From the NCBI GenBank assembly GCA_036376895.1, contig DASUZL010000015.1, positions 1,030 through 65,029 on the forward strand: a stretch of 64,000 nucleotides of DNA, written 5' to 3'. The notes under the pieces were generated by a model that saw only the letters and a program-made list of their open reading frames with translations, was not told the origin of the DNA and made no database searches. Positions 55,146-62,205 of the stretch are shown here, piece after piece. The DNA comes from Solirubrobacterales bacterium (GTDB taxonomy: Bacteria; Actinomycetota; Thermoleophilia; Solirubrobacterales; 70-9). Position 1 is the stretch's first letter; every line of letters begins with the position of its first letter. The translations under genes and the position numbers were made by a program.

Positions 55146-55613
55146 TCAACTGAGCTGGTAGAGGACCCAGACCAGGGCCAGGGCACCGATGAAGGCCGTC
55201 CCGACCCAGAACGCCAGGCGGCCGGCCGAGGTCTGGCCGGTTTCGCCGCGGGCCAGGCGCCGCTGCTCGTCGATCTCGGTCCGCTCCTCGTCCTCGCTCT
55301 CGATCAGCGTTTCGGCGAGGACCTCCTTCGCCCGCTCGGCGAGAGCCTGGACGACGTACACGTCGTGCGGGCCGGCGGCGAGGAAATCGGGGTTGTCGAA
55401 GCCGCCGCTGCGTTTCAAGACACTCGGGATGCCTTCCTCGGAGAGCAGCCCCTGCAGCATTTCGGCTTCCGACTGGTTGCGAGCGAAGGCGACCTTGATC
55501 AGCGGCCCGCCGCCGCCTCCTCCGCCTCCACCGCCGCCGCCCTCGGAGCCGCCCCCGCCGCCGTGGGCGCCACGGTGGTGGGAGCCGCGCTTATGCGACG
55601 TCGAGGTCGACAT
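55146..55613 (-). CDS. DUF2007-like protein with poly-Gly N-terminus and C-terminal TM helix
   Basis: 155 aa. Starts MSTSTSHKRGSHHRGAHGGGGGSEGGGGGGGGGGGGP, then IKVAFARNQSEAEMLQGLLSEEGIPSVLK, and ends in the TM helix LAFWVGTAFIGALALVWVLY. The start overlaps the mec 3' end by 23 nt. Confidence 0.55.
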   Translation of the reverse strand: MSTSTSHKRGSHHRGAHGGGGGSEGGGGGGGGGGGGPLIKVAFARNQSEAEMLQGLLSEEGIPSVLKRSGGFDNPDFLAAGPHDVYVVQALAERAKEVLAETLIESEDEERTEIDEQRRLARGETGQTSAGRLAFWVGTAFIGALALVWVLYQLS

Positions 55614-55986
55614 CCTCGACCTTCAAGTCGGCCAGCAGGTAGCCCTTGACGTCGGGCTCGGGCTCGGCGAGGGAGACGATCAGGTAGACCTGTTCGGGCC
55701 AGGCAACCGCCTGGTTGACGTCGGTCTGCGACGGATAAGCGGCGCTCTTGGTGTGCGAGTGGTAGATCGCCAGCAGCTCGTCGCCGCCGTCTTCGATCGC
55801 CTTCAGGGCGTTGTACTGCCCCTGTGGGTCCATCTCGTAGCGCAGCGGGCTGGCGGCGGAGTTGACGACTCGGACCACGCTCGTCGCCTCGCCGTCGCGG
55901 CCCCCGACCATCCCGCAGCACTCGTTCGGCAGGTCCTCGCGCGCGTGCGCGACCATCTCGTCGATTAGCTGCTGAGAGATCTTCAT
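55591..55986 (-). CDS. mec: JAMM/MPN+ metalloprotease (Mec-type CysO-cysteine peptidase)
   Basis: ORF trimmed to the ATG at 55986 (131 aa). Contains NECCG, with the catalytic Glu, and the JAMM motif HSHTKSAAYPSQTD (HxHx7Sx2D). Lies 31 nt downstream of cysM. Confidence 0.85.
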   Translation of the reverse strand: MKISQQLIDEMVAHAREDLPNECCGMVGGRDGEATSVVRVVNSAASPLRYEMDPQGQYNALKAIEDGGDELLAIYHSHTKSAAYPSQTDVNQAVAWPEQVYLIVSLAEPEPDVKGYLLADLKVEDVDLDVA

Positions 55987-56017
55987 CTGCGCTTGCGTAG
56001 GCGAGAGGGCGATTTCT

Positions 56018-56986
56018 CTACCACCAAACCGTCGAATCGAGGTTTTCAATCTCCTCGATCGGCTTGGTGTAGACGCCGGAGGAGAGGTACTTCCAGCCGT
56101 CGTCGGGGATCAGGAAGACGACGTTGCCGCTCTCCAGCTCGCCGGCGATGCGGACGGCGATGGCGGCGATCGCGCCGGAGGAGACGCCGGCGAAGACGCC
56201 CTCCTCCTCGAGCAGTTTCTTGGTCCAGACGATCGCGTCGCGGTTGGAGACCATGATCTTGCGGTCGAGAATCGAGAGGTCGATGATCGGCGGGATGAAG
56301 CCGTCGTCGAGCGAGCGCAGGCCCTGAACCAGCTCGCCCTGCATCGGCTCGGCGGCGACGATCAGCGTCTCCGGGTTTTCCTCCTTGAAGCGGCGGCCGT
56401 TGCCCATCAGGGTGCCGCCGGTGCCGAGCCCGCCGACGAAGGCGGCGACCTCGCCGTCCAGCTCGTCGAGGATCTCGACCGCGGTGCCGTTGTAATGGGC
56501 GAGCGGGTTGGCCTCGTTGCCGTACTGGTAGGGCATATAGAAGGACGGGTCCTGCGACATCTCCAGCGCCACCTCGACGGCGCCGTTGGAGCCCTTGGCG
56601 CCCTCCGAGTAGACGATCTCCGCCCCGTACATCCGCAGTAGCTGGGTCCGCTCCTCGGTGACGTTGTCGGGCATCACGACCTTCAGCGGGTAGCCCTTGC
56701 GGCGGCAGATCATCGCCAGGGCGATGCCGGTGTTGCCGGAGGTCGGTTCGAGAATCGTCTGCCCCGGCCCGATCGCCCCCTCAGCCTCCGCCGCCTCGAT
56801 CATCGATTTGGCGACACGGTCCTTGACTGAGCCGGTCGGGTTGTGCCCCTCGAGCTTGGCGTAAATCCGGACCTCGGGATTCGGCGTCAGCCGCGGCAGC
56901 TCGACCAGCGGCGTATTGCCGATCGATTCGACAATGTTGCCGAAGCGGCCCCCGCAGGGTTTGTTGAGTTGGTCGTCGCGCAGCAT
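56018..56986 (-). CDS. cysM: PLP-dependent cysteine synthase (CysM/CysK family)
   Basis: 322 aa. Contains GNTPLVEL...KLEGHNPTGSVKDR (PLP Lys)...TSGNTGIALA...GTGGTLMG. Confidence 0.9.
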   Translation of the reverse strand: MLRDDQLNKPCGGRFGNIVESIGNTPLVELPRLTPNPEVRIYAKLEGHNPTGSVKDRVAKSMIEAAEAEGAIGPGQTILEPTSGNTGIALAMICRRKGYPLKVVMPDNVTEERTQLLRMYGAEIVYSEGAKGSNGAVEVALEMSQDPSFYMPYQYGNEANPLAHYNGTAVEILDELDGEVAAFVGGLGTGGTLMGNGRRFKEENPETLIVAAEPMQGELVQGLRSLDDGFIPPIIDLSILDRKIMVSNRDAIVWTKKLLEEEGVFAGVSSGAIAAIAVRIAGELESGNVVFLIPDDGWKYLSSGVYTKPIEEIENLDSTVWW

Positions 56987-56999
56987 TGCCCGGTCCCCG

Positions 57000-57023
57000 T
57001 TACTTCAGAAAGTGTAGCGAGGG
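57000..57023 (-). promoter_or_regulatory. 24-nt promoter/operator-like motif, copy A (upstream of cysM)
   Basis: Minus strand reads CCCTCGCTACACTTTCTGAAGTAA and ends 13 nt before the cysM ATG. It contains the TAnnnT -10-like hexamer TACACT. It is identical at 22 of 24 positions to copy B at 61135..61158. Confidence 0.45.
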
Positions 57024-57046
57024 AAAATCTTGACGGACTATGTGTC

Positions 57047-57060
57047 GAGTTCGTGAACTC
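57047..57060. promoter_or_regulatory. palindrome GAGTTC-GT-GAACTC in the cysM / ABC-importer divergent region
   Basis: Perfect 6-2-6 dyad. It lies 11 nt downstream of a TTGACG hexamer (57030..57035) on the + strand, where an operator for the importer promoter would sit. Confidence 0.3.
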
Positions 57061-57123
57061 CGGGCACTTGGGACATGTATCTTCGCGCGTCTTACCAACC
57101 TTTTGGATCGGAGGCCGTACCAA

Positions 57124-57951
57124 ATGACGAAGACCCGGCTGACCGCCCTCCTGGCGGTCTTCCTCGTGGCAATTGCAGCGCTTGTGGTCGCCGGCTGCGG
57201 CAGCAGCGACGACGACACGACCAGCGCCGGCGGTGGCAGCGAAGGCGGAGGCGAGACCCTGACGGTCGGCTCCGACATCCCCTACCCCCCGTTCGAGGAA
57301 GGCAAAGCCCCGAACTACAAAGGCTTCGACATCGGCCTGATGGAAGCGATCGGCGAGAACATCGGCCGCGAAGTCGAGTTCCAGGACACCTCGTTCGACA
57401 CGATCTTCCGCGACCTCGCCCAGGGCAGGTTCGACGCCGTGGCCTCGGCCTCGACGATCACCGACGAACGCGAGAAAACGGTCGACTTCACCAACCCCTA
57501 CTACCTCTCCGAACAGGCGATCCTGGTCGAGGAAGGCAGCGACATCGTCTCGCTCGAGGACCTGGCGGGCACCAAGGTCGCGGTCCAGCAGGGCACGACC
57601 GGCGAGGAATACTCGGAAGAAAACGCCGAAGCTGACGAAGTCCGCACCTACCCGAGCGGCCCGGACGCCGTCAACGCCCTCAAATCTGGTGTCGTCGACG
57701 CCGTGATGATCGACATCCCGGTCGCCGAAAACGCCGTCAAAGCCGGCGGCGGCATCGAAATCTCGGCCGCGATCCCGACCGAAGAAGAGTATGGCTTCGC
57801 AGTCGGCCAGGGCGAGACGGAGCTGCTGGAAGAACTGAACGAAGGCCTGGCGCAGGCGATCGAGGACGGCACCTACGCCACGATTTACGAAGAATGGTTC
57901 CATCACGAGCCGCCCGCCGCGATCGAGTCGGCGACGCACGAAGCTTCCTGA
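57124..57951 (+). CDS. polar amino-acid ABC transporter substrate-binding lipoprotein (family 3 SBP)
   Basis: ATG at 57124 with GGAGG upstream. Signal peptide with lipobox (LVAIAALVVAGCGSSDDD). Contains ...PYPPFE...GFDIGLMEAIG...FDAVASASTITDEREK... Confidence 0.88.
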   Translation: MTKTRLTALLAVFLVAIAALVVAGCGSSDDDTTSAGGGSEGGGETLTVGSDIPYPPFEEGKAPNYKGFDIGLMEAIGENIGREVEFQDTSFDTIFRDLAQGRFDAVASASTITDEREKTVDFTNPYYLSEQAILVEEGSDIVSLEDLAGTKVAVQQGTTGEEYSEENAEADEVRTYPSGPDAVNALKSGVVDAVMIDIPVAENAVKAGGGIEISAAIPTEEEYGFAVGQGETELLEELNEGLAQAIEDGTYATIYEEWFHHEPPAAIESATHEAS

Positions 57952-57980
57952 TCGAACCTCAGGACTGAAGCAGCAGTAAC

Positions 57981-58010
57981 AGGGGGCGCCCCGGGAAGGG
58001 CGCCCCCTTT
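57981..58010 (+). terminator. intrinsic terminator/attenuator between the SBP and permease genes
   Basis: AGGGGGCGCCC-cgggaa-GGGCGCCCCCT forms an 11-bp perfect GC-rich stem followed by TT. Confidence 0.55.
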
Positions 58011-58072
58011 CTATCCTCACAATGGGTTTGCCTCAGGGCTTGCCGTAGAGCGGGCAGGGATCAGGAGAAAAG

Positions 58073-58816
58073 ATGCAAGAACTTCTCAACCAGTATTTTG
58101 ACGTCGGCTTCATGTTCGATCACTTCGACGAAGTGCTCGACGGGTTCTGGTTCACGATCAAGCTGTCGATCATCGGCGGGATCCTTTCGCTGGCCTGGGG
58201 CCTGGTTCTGGCGCTGCTGCGGCAGACGCCCGGACGCGGACTCCTCCCGGTGCGGTTCGCGACGATCGCCTACATCGACGTCTTTCGCGGGATCCCGCTG
58301 CTGCTGATCGTCCTCCTGATTTCCGGCAGCCTCCCCTCCCTCGACTTCCTGCCGGAGTCGATCCGGATCCCGAACTGGCTCGGCCAGCCAGACCCCTTCT
58401 GGTACGCGACGATGGCAATCACGATCACCTACGGCGCCTACATGGCCGAGGTCTACCGGGCCGGGATCGAAGCGGTCCCCAGCGGCCAGACGGAGGCGGC
58501 GCGGTCGCTCGGGATGAGCCACGGACAGGCGATGCGGCACGTGATCGTCCCCCAGGCCGTGCGCAAAGTCTTCGCGCCGCTGCTGAACGACTTCAGCGCG
58601 CTGATGAAAGACACGACCCTGGCCAGCGTGATCGCCCTCAACGAGGTGGCGCTGGTCGGTCGCGACATTCAGTCCGAAACCTTCAACAGCTCGGCGCTGA
58701 CCCTCGGCGCGATCATGTTCCTCGTCGTCACCCTGCCGCTGGCGCGGTTGATCGACAAACTGATCGACCGTGAGCAGGGCCGGTTCACCCGCGGCGCTCC
58801 GACGGAGGTGGTCTAA
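58073..58816 (+). CDS. amino-acid ABC transporter permease (His/Glu/Gln/Arg/opine type)
   Basis: 247 aa. Contains ...[16 protein letters not shown]... and the EAA-like loop [22 protein letters not shown]. The SD is GGAG. Confidence 0.9.
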   Translation: MQELLNQYFDVGFMFDHFDEVLDGFWFTIKLSIIGGILSLAWGLVLALLRQTPGRGLLPVRFATIAYIDVFRGIPLLLIVLLISGSLPSLDFLPESIRIPNWLGQPDPFWYATMAITITYGAYMAEVYRAGIEAVPSGQTEAARSLGMSHGQAMRHVIVPQAVRKVFAPLLNDFSALMKDTTLASVIALNEVALVGRDIQSETFNSSALTLGAIMFLVVTLPLARLIDKLIDREQGRFTRGAPTEVV

Positions 58817-58818
58817 CC

Positions 58819-59580
58819 ATGGCTGAGGCAATGCTGCAGCTGAAGAACATCCACAAGCGCTTCGGCGACCTCGAGGTGCTGAAGGGGGTCGACCTCGACA
58901 TCGAGCGCGGCGAAGTCATCTGCGTGCTCGGCCCCAGCGGCTCCGGCAAGAGCACGCTGCTGCGCTGCATCAACCTGCTCGCCCCGCCCGAGAAGGGTGA
59001 AATCGTGCTCGAGGGCCGCGACATCTGCAAGGGCTCGGCCGGCAGCACCGAGGACGAATGGGACCTCGACTTCGTCCGCCAGCGGGTCGGGATCGTCTTC
59101 CAGCAGTTCAACCTGTTCCCGCACAAGAGCGCCCTGGAGAACGTCACCCTCGCCCAGGAAACGGTGCTCGGCCGCTCCTCCAAGGAGGCGAAGGCGAAAG
59201 CGACGCCGCTGCTCGAGCGGGTCGGCCTCGGGGACAAGCTCAACGAGTACCCCGACCGCCTCTCCGGCGGTCAGCAGCAGCGGGTGGCGATCGCGCGGGC
59301 GCTGGCGATGGACCCGCACGTGATGCTGTTCGACGAGGTCACCAGCGCGCTCGACCCCGAGCTCGTCAAAGAGGTGCTCGACGTGATGCGCGAGCTCGCG
59401 GCCGAAGGGATGACGATGTTTGTCGTCACCCACGAGATGGGCTTCGCCCGCGAAGCCGGCGACAAGGTCGTCTTCATGGACGGCGGCGTGATCGTCGAGC
59501 AGGGCAAGCCCGCGGACATCTTCGACAACCCGCGCGAGGAGCGGACGAAGAAATTCCTCGGCCTGGTCCTGAGCCACTAG
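58819..59580 (+). CDS. amino-acid ABC transporter ATP-binding protein (GlnQ-like)
   Basis: 253 aa with Walker [10 protein letters not shown], signature [15 protein letters not shown] and Walker [12 protein letters not shown]. Confidence 0.93.
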   Translation: MAEAMLQLKNIHKRFGDLEVLKGVDLDIERGEVICVLGPSGSGKSTLLRCINLLAPPEKGEIVLEGRDICKGSAGSTEDEWDLDFVRQRVGIVFQQFNLFPHKSALENVTLAQETVLGRSSKEAKAKATPLLERVGLGDKLNEYPDRLSGGQQQRVAIARALAMDPHVMLFDEVTSALDPELVKEVLDVMRELAAEGMTMFVVTHEMGFAREAGDKVVFMDGGVIVEQGKPADIFDNPREERTKKFLGLVLSH

Positions 59581-59614
59581 GCCGACCGGTGCCGCGCCGC
59601 CTGGCCTTCGCGGG

Positions 59615-59893
59615 TTAGGCGGCGCCGCCGGCCATCGCCGGCAGGATGACTACGTTGTCGCCGTCTTTGACGGCGGTCTCGAGGCCGTCCAGCACCCGCA
59701 CGTCCTCGTCGTTGAGGTAGACGTTGACGTAGCGGTTGAGCTCGCCGTCCTCGCCGAAGAGCTGGGCCTCGGTGTCGGGGTGAGCGGAGGTCAGAGCCCG
59801 CAGCACCTCGCCGACGTTGCCGCCGTCAGCCTCGACCTCGGGCTGCCCACCGGTTTTCTGACGCAGGACTGGGGGGATGCGTACGGTTGCCAT
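59615..59893 (-). CDS. cysO: ThiS/MoaD-fold sulfur carrier protein (CysO-like), C-terminus GG-AA
   Basis: 92 aa. Contains VRIPPVLRQKTGGQPEVEA...NRYVNVYLNDEDVRVLDGLETAVKDGDNVVILPAMAGGAA, which aligns by eye with mycobacterial CysO. I re-read the last codons from the DNA: ATG GCC GGC GGC GCC GCC TAA. Confidence 0.85.
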   Translation of the reverse strand: MATVRIPPVLRQKTGGQPEVEADGGNVGEVLRALTSAHPDTEAQLFGEDGELNRYVNVYLNDEDVRVLDGLETAVKDGDNVVILPAMAGGAA

Positions 59894-59923
59894 CGAGCGC
59901 TGATCCTATTGAAGCGAGGCCTG

Positions 59924-61105
59924 TCAGCGATCCCCGCCGGCTCCGGCGCAGAAGGCGTCGTAGTCGGGGAACTGGCCCATCTCGGACTCCGGGATCTGCT
60001 CGGCGTTCTCGCCGCAGATCGGGCACTCCGGATCGCGCCGGACCTTGAGCTCGGTGAAGCGGGTGCCAAGCGCCTCGTAGAGGACCAGGCGACCGATCAG
60101 CGGTTCGCCGGCGCCGAGCACGAGCTTGATCACCTCGTTGGCCTGCAGCGTGCCCATCGTCCCGGCCATCACCCCGAGCACCCCGTTGGCGGAGCAGCTC
60201 GGCGCCAGCTCGGCCGGCGGCGGGGTCGGGTAGAGGCAGCGGTAGCAGGGGCCCTCGAAGGGGACGAAGGTCGAGATCTGCCCGTCGAAGCCGAGGATCG
60301 AGGCGGAGACGACCGGTTTGCGCAGCCGCACCGAGGCGTCGTTCAGCAGGTAGCGGGTGGGGAAGTTGTCGGCGCCGTCGACGACGATGTCGTAGTCGGC
60401 CATGACGTCGAGGATGTTGCTGGCGTCGAGCCGGCCGTTGTGCTCGACGACCTTGACGTCGGGGTTGAGCCCTTCGATGAAGATCCGCGCCGACGCGGTC
60501 TTCGCCATCCCGATCCGTTCGGTGTTGTGTATCACCTGGCGCTGCAGGTTGGAGGCGTCGACGACGTCGTCGTCGACCAGGCCGATCGTGCCGACTCCCG
60601 CCGCAGCGAGGTAGAGCGCGGTCGGCGCGCCGAGCCCGCCGGCCCCGAGCAGCAGCACCTTCGCGTTCAGCAGCTTCACCTGCCCGTCGACGCCGACCTC
60701 GGGCAGCAGCGTGTGGCGCGAGTAGCGCTCGCGCTGCTCGGGGGTCATCCCGTGCGCGGCGATGACCGGCAGCCCCTGCTCCTGCCAGGCGAGGATCCCG
60801 CCCGCCATCGAGGCGACGTTCTCGTAGCCAAGCTTCTGCAGTTGCGCGGCGGCGAGCGCGGAGCGGTTGCCGGAGCGGCAGTAGAGGATCGTGCGCGCCG
60901 ACTTGTCGGGCGCGGCGCCGGCGATCTCGTCGCCGAGCAGGCCGGGCGGAACCAGCTTGCCCCCGTCCAGGTGGGCCTCCTGGTACTCGTGCGGCTCGCG
61001 AGTGTCGATCAGGACGACGCCTCCGCCCTTGATCTCCTCGGCGGCCTCAAAGGGTTCGATCTCCTCGATCGTCTGGACCTGCTCAGTCTCTGCGCCAGTG
61101 GCCAT
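59924..61105 (-). CDS. sulfur-carrier adenylyltransferase/sulfurtransferase (MoeZ/MoeB-like E1) with N-terminal rhodanese domain
   Basis: 393 aa. Residues 1 to about 110 form a rhodanese domain (VVLIDTREPHEYQEAHL...ILYCRSGNRSALAA). A ThiF/MoeB domain follows (RYSRHTLLPEVGVDGQVKLLNAKVLLLGAGGLGAP...DASNLQRQ) with the Zn cysteines CYRC and CPIC. Confidence 0.88.
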   Translation of the reverse strand: MATGAETEQVQTIEEIEPFEAAEEIKGGGVVLIDTREPHEYQEAHLDGGKLVPPGLLGDEIAGAAPDKSARTILYCRSGNRSALAAAQLQKLGYENVASMAGGILAWQEQGLPVIAAHGMTPEQRERYSRHTLLPEVGVDGQVKLLNAKVLLLGAGGLGAPTALYLAAAGVGTIGLVDDDVVDASNLQRQVIHNTERIGMAKTASARIFIEGLNPDVKVVEHNGRLDASNILDVMADYDIVVDGADNFPTRYLLNDASVRLRKPVVSASILGFDGQISTFVPFEGPCYRCLYPTPPPAELAPSCSANGVLGVMAGTMGTLQANEVIKLVLGAGEPLIGRLVLYEALGTRFTELKVRRDPECPICGENAEQIPESEMGQFPDYDAFCAGAGGDR

Positions 61106-61134
61106 GAAGTAAATCCCCTAAATTCGGATCGGCT

Positions 61135-61158
61135 TTACTTCAAAAAGTATAGCGAGGG
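61135..61158 (-). promoter_or_regulatory. 24-nt promoter/operator-like motif, copy B (upstream of the E1-cysO unit)
   Basis: Minus strand reads CCCTCGCTATACTTTTTGAAGTAA, with a TATACT -10-like hexamer. It ends 29 nt before the ATG at 61105. The embedded dyad TACTT-n4-AAGTA is perfect here. Confidence 0.45.
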
Positions 61159-61209
61159 CAACTCGTGGTTCCTTTTGGTGCTCTGGCGACCGAAAGGAAC
61201 CACGAGTTG
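61159..61209 (-). terminator. 17-bp perfect hairpin downstream of htpX (I-shaped terminator candidate)
   Basis: CAACTCGTGGTTCCTTT (61159..61175) pairs perfectly with AAAGGAACCACGAGTTG (61193..61209), with a 17-nt loop. It starts 14 nt after the htpX stop. There is no immediate U-tract. Confidence 0.5.
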
Positions 61210-61222
61210 GGGGAGCGGGTGA

Positions 61223-62083
61223 CTAGCCGAGGCTGGGGCGCATCTGGCGCAGCCGCTTGACGCGCTCCTCGATCGGCGGGTGGGTCGAGAAGAGGCCGGC
61301 GATGCCGCCGCCCTTGAAGGGCTTGACGATGTAGAGCGGCTCGGCTGCCTGGTTGACCTGCATCGGCATCGCTTCCGCCCCCTGCTCGAGTCGCAGCAGG
61401 GCGCTCGCCAGGGACTCCGGGTTGCCGCAGATTTCGGCGCCGCCGGCGTCGGCCGCGTACTCGCGCTGGCGCGAGATCGAGAGCTGGATGATCGTCGCCG
61501 CGATCGGGGCCAGCAGGACCATCGCCAGCGAGGCGACGAGGCTGAGCGGCGACTCGTCGTCGCTGCCGAACCACATGAACATGTAGGCGAGGTAGGTGAT
61601 CGCCGCGCCGATCGCCGAGGCAACCGACTGGATCAGGATGTCGCGGTTGCGGACGTGCGCTAGCTCGTGCGCGAGCACGCCGCGCAGCTCATCCTCGGAG
61701 AGCAGTTTGGTGATGCCCCGGGTGACCGCGACCGCCGAGTGCTTCGGGTTGCGACCGGTGGCGAATGCGTTGGGCTGGTCCTGGGGGATCATGTAGAGGC
61801 GCGGCATCGGCAGCCCGGCGCGCGTCGTCAGCTCGCGGACGATCTGGTAGAGCCGCGGGTTCTCCGACTCCTCGATCGGCTGCGCCCGGCTCATTTTCAG
61901 CGCCAGTTTGTCGCTGAAGAAGTAGGAGCCGAGGTTGATCAGGAGGGCGATGCCGAGGAACAGCGCGGCGGTGCTGGGCCCGCCGATCAGGGCGCCGATC
62001 AGGACCAGCAGCCCGGATAGGGACGCCAGCAGGATCGTGGTCCGCAGGGTGGCGCCGAAAGTCGATTGCTTGGTGGTGGTCAT
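61223..62083 (-). CDS. htpX: zinc metalloprotease HtpX (M48)
   Basis: ORF trimmed to the ATG at 62083, with GGAGCG upstream. 286 aa with TM helices, HELAHVRNRD (HExxH) and ...REYAADAGGA... Confidence 0.9.
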   Translation of the reverse strand: MTTTKQSTFGATLRTTILLASLSGLLVLIGALIGGPSTAALFLGIALLINLGSYFFSDKLALKMSRAQPIEESENPRLYQIVRELTTRAGLPMPRLYMIPQDQPNAFATGRNPKHSAVAVTRGITKLLSEDELRGVLAHELAHVRNRDILIQSVASAIGAAITYLAYMFMWFGSDDESPLSLVASLAMVLLAPIAATIIQLSISRQREYAADAGGAEICGNPESLASALLRLEQGAEAMPMQVNQAAEPLYIVKPFKGGGIAGLFSTHPPIEERVKRLRQMRPSLG

Positions 62084-62205
62084 CGCGTGTTCGCTCCTAG
62101 GGTTCGCTTGGTCTGGCGAGTATTGCGAGCGAAGTGGATTTCGACCATAGGGGCCAGCCCCCTTCGTGCCCGGGGGCACCCCCTAGGGGCAACTAGGCTT
62201 GGCCG

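Noticed and set aside
61105-61141. RNA hairpin GAAGUAAA/UUUACUUC that would enclose the SD and abut the E1 start codon
   Set aside because: The 8-nt inverted repeat is real in the DNA (61106..61113 and 61134..61141). However, the upstream arm overlaps the predicted transcription start, about 7 nt after the TATACT hexamer, so it may not be fully transcribed. It is kept only as a note under the motif finding.
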